DNA of 64,000 nucleotides from Chrysomallon squamiferum (lineage: Eukaryota > Animalia > Mollusca): the NCBI GenBank assembly GCA_012295275.1, contig CM022670.1, positions 186,001-250,000 of the forward strand. Direction: 5' to 3'. Numbering within the stretch: position 1 is the stretch's first letter; each line of letters starts with the position of its first letter. This document shows positions 52,832 to 64,000 of this stretch, piece by piece. The notes under the pieces were generated by a model. It saw only the letters and a program-made list of their open reading frames with translations, did no database searches and had not been told where the DNA came from. The position numbers were made by a program, and so were the translations under genes.

Positions 52832-53557
52832 TCTTTCACAAGCTTAATACCAAGGGTATATTTAAACATTTATTTATTTCACACATTAACCTTTACTATC
52901 ACAAACAGATAATCATGAAACGTGTATACCTTGGATGAATCAACCATATTTATAACAAACAACAAACCCTATTAGCAGCATATAAATGAAAACAGAAATG
53001 AAAAGTAAAGAAAAGTGACAAAAGAAATTGATGAGCTGAATATGTTTTGCTTAGAATTACCATTAAAAGAAACATTTACAAATGAGACAGTTTCCCCATG
53101 GTCTGCATCAGATACATAACTTAGTTACCTTCTTTTGGGTGTAGTTACTGCTAGATAATTATCTCCCTTGGGGGAATTCTTTATTTTATTTAATGGATAT
53201 GATTTCTTAATCAGTTATCTCAGCCAAATAATAAAAATAAGATTTGAAAAATGTTTACATCCAAGAAAGTTTAATAGACACAAATTTCCATATGTTAGTG
53301 TGTCAAACTGTTAGTGAGAGAAGAGTTGGTATGTTTGTTACATCTCAGAATAAAGTCTGATGTATTAAGATGTGACTATTGTAGTCATTTCAGTGATTGG
53401 AAGCCTTAACATAGAGCTGCTTGGGTCAGTGTTAATAACTCTATTTATCTATTTAATTATAGTATTTGTCTGTTTTGTATGAATGTATTTTGTATGTATA
53501 CATGTCTGCATGTTTGTATGTATTTCTGCCTGTGTTTACCACTATTCATATATATCT

Positions 53558-53559
<2 letters not shown>

Positions 53560-53614
<55 letters not shown>

Positions 53615-53634
53615 AACACACAAACACACACACA
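53560..53634. repeat. (CA)n microsatellite
   Basis: Direct inspection. Confidence 0.95.
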
Positions 53635-54306
53635 TGTATGTGTATGTATATATGTTATTTGTGCGTGTGAATTTTTTATGCATATGTGCATGTGTGTGTG
53701 TCTACAAGTGCATATGGTTATATACCTACCTATAAATGAACATATATAAAGTTTATGTAGTTCCTGACCTGTGTACCTTTATACATAATGAGGTATTTTT
53801 CTTCTACTTGGTATTACTACATAATATATCACTTTCAGAATTACACACATTACAACTAGAGAAGAAAGGAGAAACCAGTGAGTATGGAGTGATCTTATTA
53901 TTTGCTCACAGTGAGCAGTGAGTAGAGTTATTGACCATTGCTTTCTGATTGGTATTTCTGTTCCGTGTACTTGGGCCAGTCCACTTGCTGGAGTGTTAGC
54001 CAGGCGTTCTAGCACTGAAACACGCATCAGTCAATTGTCAGAGAGAGAACAAATCCATTTGTGAAAGGTATTTTGTTTTGGTTTGATGTGGCACATTCAG
54101 TGCTGCTGGAGATAACTGAGCTGTATTAATACAGAGGAAGTTTGTAGCTGCTGTTAGTAGCTGCATGTACTAGGAGATGAAAGATCAGAAACAAAACTGA
54201 AAAAAGGAATCTTAGCACATTTAGCTTTACTGGGCTGATCTTCAAGTTAAACTTCTGTCTGAAACAATCAAGGAACATACTTTTTTCTAGCTGTGCATAT
54301 AGGCTT

Positions 54307-54415
54307 TGAACAATAGAGTTGTATAGTGTGAAAAACAGATCTGAAAAATAGATTTGTATAGTGTGAAAAACAGACTTGAAAAATAGACTTGTGTATAGTG
54401 AAAAACAGACTTAAA
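54307..54415. repeat. 35-bp minisatellite TGAAAAATAGATTTGTATAGTGTGAAAAACAGACT, 3 copies
   Basis: Unit starts at about 54307, 54342 and 54377. Confidence 0.9.
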
Positions 54416-56004
54416 AAAGGTAAACATAATATTGTCTTGATCCCCGAATATTCTGAATGAAGAAATGCATAACAGTATCTTATGTATCTAAATCTTCCTC
54501 TTTTTTCTGTAAATGTTTTCCTGAATGAATGATTATTGCATATGAAGGAATATATAGTTTGTTTTACATACCCTTTATAAAATAATCCTGTATTTGAAAC
54601 TAAGATAAAACGAATGCCTCTCTTCCTGGATCAATAAGCCAGGAAGCTAGGATTTGAAATATACTGTAAAATTCATTGCAGGAGTCTTCCAAATCTAATA
54701 AAAACTAGAACCGAAGAGATAATCTTGTACATTCTATAAAACCAGGAATATATACATACACAGACATATTTTGAAGTTAACTGACAGAAAGAAACACTGT
54801 GTTGTACATTTGGACTGGCAGATCAAGTGAATTGTGGACAAGCAGGAATTGATTGGTGCCGGCTCAAAAGACGTTGCTTACTTACGGAGAAACAGTTCAT
54901 TCAGTGACTGGCGCTAGGAAAGAGTGGATTACTGTGAGATGTGTTCGGACTTCATGTCCACTGATGTTCAGATCTGAATCTACTGGTCTACCACTCTGAG
55001 GACACACAGGAGATTGCTGTGTTTAGGAATATTATACAGTTAACTGTTGTCTTGTAAAGGTAGGTTATGTTCAGTTGGTTTTATTTGAACTGTAAGGTGT
55101 AAATTTGGGTTTATTAATAGGATGAAATGGTTTTTTGGTTGTGTTTTTTTATGCTGTACAGATTCAGTTTATTTTAATTTTTATTAGTTCAATTCAAAGT
55201 TTTTAAAATTCAGTATTAACAAGTTTCAGTTTTTTGTTTCTAAAATGAATCTTGTTTTTATTTCTGGATGTCACTTCATATAGTTAATTAAAATAATAAT
55301 AATAATAATAATAATTTATGTAATAATAAACAAAATATTTAAATACAAATATAAAATAGCATTATTAAATTATTTTTTTATTTCTTAAGAAATACAAAAT
55401 CCAGAAATTTGAACAAAATAAAATCAAGATTAAGAGAAGCCAGTTTATTTATTTATTTATTTAATTTTTTTTTATTTTTTATTTTTTTTTTTCTGGACTT
55501 TTTCAAAATTTTAATTTCATATTGATTTTCCAAATCTCTTTTCAAGAAAGAATAAATTTTATTACAGTAAACTTCACAGAATTATTCTGATTACCGTATA
55601 AACAGGACTTAAATTGAAAATGACATGTAAAGAATTAGAATTGATTTTCTTTAACTTCTGTGTCCAGACAGACTCAAATAACATATTAATAAATAAATAT
55701 GACTTTTTTTAACCATGCTATATCATCACACACAAAATAAAAATAAAATAAATAAAATAAATGAATGAAAATGTATTGTTTTCTTCAAAAAGGTTAATAC
55801 TCACAGATCTGATGTGTAAAAACAAAAAACATACATGGTTGTACAATGAAAATGTACAAATTAATATGTGATAATAAAGAAATATGTCTAATCATTGATA
55901 ATTGTAATAATCTGTATTAACAATCTTTGTGTTACGTCTCAACAAATTCCAAGATTAACAGTTACTAGGTGTGAAATATAAGATTTATTTTTCAAATAAT
56001 GATA

Positions 56005-56185
56005 ACTAGAGAGGAAACCTACTGTTGCCACATAACTGTTATTCTTGCTTATTAGCAGCAACAAATCTTTTATATAAACATCCCAGGGATAAACAAGATA
56101 AAGAATAAAACATTCTCAAAACAGGACACTGATGGGTATTGAACCAGTGTCCAGTCACCTCCTAGGCTAGTGCTCTAAACAAGTG
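56005..56185 (-). mobile_element. Decayed tRNA-derived SINE, minus strand
   Basis: AGAGGAAACCTACTGTTGCCAC..ATTAGCAGCAACAAATCTTTTATATAAACATCCCA is the reverse complement of the core also seen at about 21780 and 46105. GGGTATTGAACC..CACCTCCTAGGCTAGTGCTCTAA looks like a reverse-complemented B-box/A-box head. Confidence 0.65.
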
Positions 56186-56204
56186 ATAACATTCAGTGCT
56201 GTGT

Positions 56205-56320
56205 GTGTTTATTGTTTTTTGTGTAATCAGGGGTTGTGTGTGTTTGTTGTTTATTGTGTAATCAGGGGTTGTGTGTGTGTTGTTTTTTGTGTAATCAGGG
56301 GTTGTGTGTGTGTTGTTTTT
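56205..56320. repeat. About 34-bp minisatellite GTGTAATCAGGGGTTGTGTGTGT..., 3 copies
   Basis: GTGTAATCAGGGG at 56221, 56256 and 56289. Confidence 0.9.
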
Positions 56321-56864
56321 CATTTTGATAGTTTATTATTTCTATCACTTTGGCTTGCAGATGATTATAGACAGCTGTTAATGTGTTTTAAATACAATGA
56401 GTCAGTGTGCAATATAGAGAAGAAAGATTTCTCTTCTTTTTTTTTCTTTTTTTTTTTTGTAAAATAAAAATAAAAATAAATGTTATAAAAAAAACAATAT
56501 AAATGTTTATGAATTATATATAATTTAAAAATTATTTTATCATAAAATATAAAAAAAGAATATTATTTCTGTCTATCTTTTTTTTCATTTTCTCTCTGAC
56601 TTTTTCTTTCTTTCTTTTTATTATTTTGTTTGAGTTGATTATAGAGTGTAAAATAACACTAATTAATTCAGTTTAATTGAAATTGTTGTCATGGTGATAA
56701 CATTCAGAACTCAGAGCTTTTCTTACATCAATACTTATTAACTCTGTATTAATTATAAATAATATCTATTGGACATATCTATATAATTTATAGATATTAA
56801 AGATATATGTAATAGAATGCTTGAATATTAATTATAATATTTTCTACACTACGTTAATGTTAGA

Positions 56865-57105
56865 TATATCTGTTAAATAATGTCATATACATATCAAGTA
56901 ATGTATTAAATATATCTGTAACATAAGATAATTATTATATCTATAACACAATGTATTAAATATATCTGTAAAACAATGAATTAAATATACTTGTAACACA
57001 AAGTATTAAACATATATGTAACAAAATGTATTAAGTATATGAGTAATAAAGTAAAAAATATATCGGTAACACCATCTATTACATATATCGGTAAACACCA
57101 TCTCT
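56865..57105. repeat. Degenerate about 25-bp AT-rich minisatellite AATGTATTAAATATATCTGTAAC
   Basis: The core recurs at about 25-bp intervals. Confidence 0.75.
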
Positions 57106-57589
57106 TATATTCAACAATCAACACATGCAGTGTACTCTATATACTTAAAAATTAGAATTTCACTGTAACCAAATGTGAGATTTTAAATTCACTAAATGAG
57201 GGTTAAAGATCAAACTCTATGTTTTTTGTAATTCTGTTTTGAATGGCATCAATATTTGGATTCAGAAGTTGACATTTCAGAAGTGGTAACAGTTGTTTCG
57301 GTAATTGTTTAATCCAGTTTTCTCTCTGTCTCTCACATGTTAGTTTTACTCTTCAGTATAAAAAACAGCTAAAATTAACAAATTATTCAAGCCTGCAAGG
57401 TTGCTATTTTCTGTAAACATGTATAAATTGTGGAAGTCTGTAGAACATCAATCATATTAAGAATGAATGTAATGTAGAGCCGTAATATATCAATACACTA
57501 ATATAGTCATCATATAGTAATGTAGCCACAATTTATTTATTTAGCCTTGATACAGACAAACAGTCCTAATTCACTTATAGAGTTCTGAT

Positions 57590-57895
57590 ATTCATACAGT
57601 CATGTAGTTGCAGTGAACTCATACAGTTATAATATACATACACACACACATACAGTCACAGATCACAATATGCTCATAGTTATGACATATTAACAGAGAC
57701 ATCCATTCATATAGTCACAATATATTCATATAGCTATGTAATCACTATGCATTCATAGTCATGATATACAGTCACACACAGTCCACAGCATTTTCATTCA
57801 GTCATGATATACAATCACAGTACACTTACACAACCACATTACACTCATGATATACAGTCACAGTACATGATTTACAACCACACACAGTCATACAG
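57590..57895. repeat. Degenerate CATACAGTCA-type short tandem repeat
   Basis: Repeated ACAGTCA/ATAGTCA/CATGATATACA. Confidence 0.65.
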
Positions 57896-58486
57896 CTGCA
57901 CTGTAATCAGAGAGCCAGGAAAGCAGGAATTCTGCTCCGTGGACCACAATTGCTGACACTATTACAGTTCTGATCACTCCGCAGTGCTGCTGGCATTATT
58001 GATCACACGCACACAGTCAAAGAACCATTTTCCTTGCTTCAATGGCAATCGGAGAAGCAGGGGACTGAAGAATATGGCAAAAAGGCTGGATGCCGTATAT
58101 AAACAAACTGAATACAGTGTGCCCTGCAGTGTGACTTGATTAGCTCATTCTTAGTTTGTAGAACCAGCTTATTGCTGCAGGTATTCAAGAGAAAGAGAGA
58201 GAAAAAATACACCATCAATTCATACGTCAGTCTTTCTGTGTGTGAGAGATTCCGAGCAAGCTGAAATAGATGTAATTTTATGAAAAGATGTGTTGGATTG
58301 AAATTAAGTGCAATCTGTTACGTGATTAGGTTATTGGCTTGTTGGTTTTTTAATTTTTGGCTTTTTTTAAAATGAATTTTTAAGGGCTTTTCATTTTTGT
58401 GTTAAGATCCTGGTAATTTGTTGGTCAGTAATGCATTTGGAAGCAATATGATCTTATCATTTTGTATAAACTATTTGATGGCTTTT

Positions 58487-58487
58487 T

Positions 58488-58519
<32 letters not shown>

Positions 58520-58564
58520 CATTATCATTAATTATCATTGTGACAATTATTGTTATTATTATTA

Positions 58565-58620
<56 letters not shown>

Positions 58621-58641
58621 TTTATCTTCATCATTATCATT
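58487..58641. repeat. (ATC)n/(ATT)n compound microsatellite
   Basis: Direct inspection. Confidence 0.95.
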
Positions 58642-61224
58642 ACCTTGGTTTCCTTTTCATAACCTTTTATACAACATTCTTCATCAAAAGTTTTCACTTA
58701 CAAAACCCTGCCTCTAATAATTGCAGTTTCTGTCCATAACAAGTATACCTAAACGATCAAATAAAATATCTGCACCAAAAACCACTTTCTATTTTTCTGC
58801 CATAATTATGTCCCAGCTGGACTTTTCTTCTGTATGGATTTTCCGCCACCAGACAAGTAGCACCACACTGCCAGACAGCCTGCTACATTGTAAGATAATC
58901 ATCATCCCGTGTTTGTTTTTAAAATTATCTCCAGTAAAAACACCTTGCACTGCATGAATATGGCTAAGAGACTGGGTTTTTTGCTGTGAAATGCAGGTTT
59001 GTTCTGTAAAACAGCAAATGTTTACAGATGGGTTTATGATATTTAGGCTACATTAAGTAAGCAGTATTAATATAACATTTGTAAAGTGTGCTCATCTTGG
59101 AATTATTATAAAGTTATTTTTATCTTATTTTACAGTAATTATCCGAAAATTCTATTCAGTGAGGCTTTTTCTGAAGTTTACTTAAATTATTATTTGATTA
59201 TAGATATTAGTTGTTGTTAATTTGTATTAAATGTCTCTCTCTCTCTCTCTTTCATTGATAAAATATAATGTGAAAATACAAAACTGGGTACTCAGGTAGA
59301 ACTGAATTTGATTTTATCATCATCATTTGCACTTGAATGTTCTAAACATTCCATATCATAGTTTTTTACTTTAACCAGAGGATTCAAATTTTTGGTTTTA
59401 CTTAATAATTTCCAAACATCAGCAAAAAAACATTAAAAATAACAATGCCTGACTAATTTAATATTTCTGTTTGACTTAATTAATTACACACTATGAATTA
59501 TACTTTTTTTTTTTTTTTTGGTAATATGATTTTCTTCATTTATGCATCTTTTCACTGTCTTATCATCAAAAATAATAATAATATTAATAAAAAATAAAAA
59601 AATATTCAAATAAGAAAATCATTAAATTATCTGTCACAGTTAGTGAACTCTCCTGTAGGTGGGAGGTAGGAATGTTTCGTGTGATGACAAGAGACAAAGA
59701 CTGAGTGACAGGAACACGCGATTTCAAATTGATCATTGGAGAAATGTCACCATAAATGGATTGAAGTAAAAGCAGGTCCATGTAAAAAAAAAAAAAAAAA
59801 ACTTCAGGTGGCCAAGCATAACAAGCATACAGAAACTATCTCCTTCAATCAATTTAATATGGCAGAGCAACACTGCTGCAGACAAAAAACTGCCGCAGAT
59901 AAGCACTGTCGTTGTTCTAACACTGGGCATGAATTTCCTGTCCATTATGAATTATTTTTGAACAGATTTGATACACAAAATGACAGGTGTGTTTTTAGTT
60001 CTTTGATTTGGTGACAGAACATATTACAAATACGTCCATTGTCCATTCTGACAGTTTAATGAGTTGCTCAAATTAAATACATTAGCTGGACTGAGTAGTA
60101 GCTGTTCTGGTCCAAGTATTTACATAGTTTGGTCTCTTGATGGTTCACAGGTCAAGATCAGACTAAAGACTGGAAGAGAGCAGGATGAAATACAGGTACC
60201 AGTTTTTCATCAAGCTTCACTGTACATCAATACAGTTTAATATAAATGGTTATTTGTTGTCACTACTCTTTTTTATACATCATAATGACATGAGAAAGAT
60301 TCCACCACAGTAATGGATCATTAATTTACAATTTTCAACAATTAGATAGCACATACTCTGTTACATTAATCATCATTAAATTATAAAATGTATCCTGTGA
60401 GAAGCATTATAAAAACAATGCTGCGAGTACCTAAGACATTAAATTATGAAATTGATATCCTTTTAATATCTGTATGAAATGAATATCTGTGAGTTAGAAA
60501 AATCTATTAAATTATCATATGACAATATAAGGAATATTATGAAATTGATATCCTATCAGTAGAGACAGATAAATGATGACACTGATATCCTGTGAGTACA
60601 AAAATTATGAAATTAAAATAGATGGTCTACCAATACAGACTATTAAATTACAATTTTTTTTTACACTATGAATTCAGTAGTAGTATATAAAAAAATTAAT
60701 ATCCACTGAGAAACATCAGTAATTAAAACACAACCATATTGTTCAGTAATACAGTGTTTTTAATATACAAAGACTAACAAAGACAAACACAATCACCAGG
60801 AAATTCTTAAACACATATTTACATTCAAAAACAACACAAGCCCAGTGCAGCTTAATAAAAACCTGCATAAATGCAACACTGTATTAAAATTAGTCACACA
60901 AAAACCAGCAAACACAGGTTTGTTTGACATCAGCATACATATCATTCATTAATATGCATGATTTCCTAAAAGATTTATATCAACTGAATACAGCAGTGTT
61001 CACATTTTTGTATTGATTAGTCTGATTGCATTCAATAGCTTTGTAGCTGAGCCAGGGGCGTTATGTCATCTGTTCATTATCAAATGTCATACACGAGATT
61101 ATTACATGAGAGAATGTCGTAAAGAGAGTTTATGAAATGAGTCTCAGTTTCGTGTGACACAAGCAAGAGTGTGATATTTTATTTATTCATAATCCTTTCA
61201 ATAAAGTTAATAATGAAGAATGAT

Positions 61225-61225
<1 letters not shown>

Positions 61226-61274
<49 letters not shown>
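61226..61274. repeat. (CA)n microsatellite
   Basis: Direct inspection. Confidence 0.95.
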
Positions 61275-61278
<4 letters not shown>

Positions 61279-61451
61279 GTACATAAGTTCAAAGACAGGC
61301 ATACAAGCACAGCATCAAACCAACACATATATAAAAATGAACACTTACACATACTCTCACAAACCCTTCATGATGATTTCATTTTAGTGATTTATTTTTT
61401 TTTTTTTGTTCATTAAAAATTCAATTATAATGTTTTGTAATGATAGAGGCC

Positions 61452-61489
<38 letters not shown>

Positions 61490-62659
61490 CACTTTATAAT
61501 TTCCAGATCCAACAAGTGCTCGAAAAATGTATATAGCTAGTCTGTAAGAACAGACCTTGTAGTATGATTTGCAGGATTCTTCTTTAGTGTAGTATATATG
61601 TTAAACATTTCTTTTGATTTATTTAATTATTAATTATTTGTAAGACAGTAACATAATACTAAAACAAAACTTATGAAAAATGTCAAGCAAGATCAAATTA
61701 TAGTACATTAATCACACAAAACTGTATTTAGTTACAGTCTGTACCGTTTGACATCCAATAACCACATATATTTTTTTTTGGCTTGGATATCATTAATTAC
61801 TGAACCTCTAATTACACAATTTGTCTTCAAATACAAAGAAGCCAGAGCATCCATGACAGGCAGTGAGTGATAATGTAATTATTATAATAACAGTTATTTG
61901 CCACCTTATAATAACAACCATCGCGTAATAACTTAGTGTTATGTAATATGATACTATGTAATAACTTTGTTATTTAATTCTCTCGTGTAATTGTGACTTC
62001 ATTTAGCGGGTTTGTCCTTACTTTAACCTTCTTAATCGTGCCATCAGTTTGTCCTCCAAATTAGGTGATTGATTTGCCATCAGTGATATATTTCATTAGT
62101 TTGTCTGCGGAATTACATCTAAGATGTGTGTCTGATGTCATTAATGTTGAACCATTCTGTTTGTCTTTTGAATTACACCGTTTGGTCTGAGGAGCACAAT
62201 GTAAGCCAGAGCCAGCTTAGGTCTTGTGTTAGCTAGATAAAAGTTGTCAGCTGAAGCTGAAACTGATGAGTTTTAAAAATACAAGTTTCAAATAGATACA
62301 CAATACATTTGTTTTATTATTTTTATACACTTGAGTATGCATGTGCAAACTACAATACATACTAAACATCCTTTAAATATTAAACACACACAGACATACA
62401 TGCATTCGGACATATATTCACACACACACACACACTAAAATAGCCAATAACCACCAAGTTTAGCTTGTGGATTCCTGGAACAAAATTCTCATCAACTGAT
62501 TCTCTTTTAAACATGTCCGAACACAAAGTCGTTTAATCCATGGACAATTAATCTAAGCAGGATCAATGAAGATTTGATTGATTGTCAGTAATCACTGTTA
62601 TTAACTCTTCGGACTGAGTGAAGGTGTGGCAGGCTTATTTACAAGATGTTCTCACTTGC

Positions 62660-63430
62660 TAAATAATTAATATTACATCACACACTGAAAAATAATTAAT
62701 ATTACTTTACCTGATAAACATATATATGTGCAATGAAACTGAATGAATACCTTACATGAAGTGAAATCGTAAGTTGATATATCATTTGCTGTATAATTAA
62801 TATTACTTTACATATGGGGGAAAATGATACATGTGCAATGAAACTATTTGAACCATAACCTTATATAAGTGAAATTCTAAACTGATATGGGTATTTATGT
62901 TATTGTAGTGTTGAATAATTAATATTTACGAGAGACAGTAATTAATTAATATCGTTTTACAAAAGTATTGAATAGTTGAAATGATATACATACAATTTAT
63001 TTATGATACTGTTGATGTAGATTATCAGTGTAAAACTGACATTCCTGTGTTATATGTAATATTATGTTAATGTATGCATGTATTTGTGTATGTGTGTTAC
63101 ATATTACATATTAATTCTGAATAATTAATATTATTTTACAAATATTTTGAACAATGGAAAAAATAAATTCTTTGTGTGTTATATACAGTTGATATAAGCT
63201 ACGAGAAAAAAATTATGATTAAATATAAAAAGAAATGCTAAATTAATGGCTTTATATTTTAGGGTAATGTTGAATAATTAATACAATTAGCTAATGGATA
63301 CACTATGACATGAAGAACAATGGAAATAATAATATACATGTATGTTTTATATAATTGATATTAGGTATAAAACTAATTAGATAGTGAAATGCTAAGTTAA
63401 TATTTTATGGTACAGTAATTAATTAATACT
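62660..63430. repeat. Decayed AT-rich tandem repeat built around ATAATTAATATT
   Basis: ATAATTAATA at about 62663, 62692, 62793, 62915, 63121 and 63275. ATGTGCAATGAAACT and AAGTGAAAT are duplicated. Confidence 0.7.
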
Positions 63431-64000
63431 GTATTAGATCTGTTTAGAGCAGAGGAATTAATAATAATAATAATAATAATAAAACACATATTTTTGATGC
63501 TTGGGATACCAGCTTTCTGTGAAAAATTGCTGTTCCGAGTTCTCTTCTAAATTATTACATGTATTTATATAATGCATTAGTATGCTTCATAATCATATAA
63601 ATTTGCTCAAGACACTCATTTATTATACAGTGTAAGATTTCATCTTTTAATAATTGTTTTTAGAATTACAGTGTCATAACAATGAACTATCCATTGTTTA
63701 TTGGAAGCAGAGTACTGATATTCAATTAATGTTGAAAATACTTACAGTTTATTGGCATTTTAATTTCATATTATTTTTATTTTGGTATTTTAATGTTGAA
63801 ACTGTGGTAACTGTTAATATTGCTGATGATTTAATAGTGAAACAATAGTAATAGATCACTAATATTTTGCTTAAATTTTGATTTTGAATGTTGAAGTTAC
63901 AGTTGAGTTGTATATAATATCACTATAACTTTTATCTGAGCTGACAACACCAAACAAGATTTATTAAAATGACAATGCTGACGATGTGAAAGCCGCACAA

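Noticed and set aside
1-64000. Conserved bilaterian miRNAs, snRNAs or rRNA
   Set aside because: By-eye comparison with remembered mature sequences gave only partial seed-length matches (for example TGAGATCA at about 36397). An Rfam/MirGeneDB scan is needed to exclude them formally.

Overview
AT-rich (roughly 30% GC by eye), microsatellite-laden eukaryotic DNA that looks like animal intronic or intergenic sequence. It is probably from a gastropod mollusc, inferred only from decayed tRNA-derived SINE copies that resemble a family I recall from gastropod genomes. I can support no protein-coding gene, rRNA, intact tRNA, CRISPR array or autonomous transposon. All long ORFs come from simple repeats, including the three 370-447 aa His/Thr/Ile/Tyr ORFs in a 1.6-kb 27-bp minisatellite. 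The window shows: (i) several CpG-retaining, promoter- or enhancer-like islands, some ending in good splice donors (7719, 19427, and minus-strand 37963), plus a well-bounded 75-nt non-coding exon candidate (21986-22060), which suggests the long-intron 5' region of a large multi-promoter gene; (ii) decayed SINEs and one MITE-like element; (iii) many minisatellites and at least seven unrelated decayed tandem arrays with a 130-165 bp period, two of them built from SINE heads. The best leads are a 42-bp-phased triple TTATCAAAG-N8-TGATTGG module (45633-45740), a dense TGACAG cluster with about 60-bp spacing (38960-39305), candidate recursive splice sites (21986, 45860), the nucleosome-sized arrays and a pre-miRNA-like hairpin (2051-2148). 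None amounts to a demonstrated new system; all need the checks listed.
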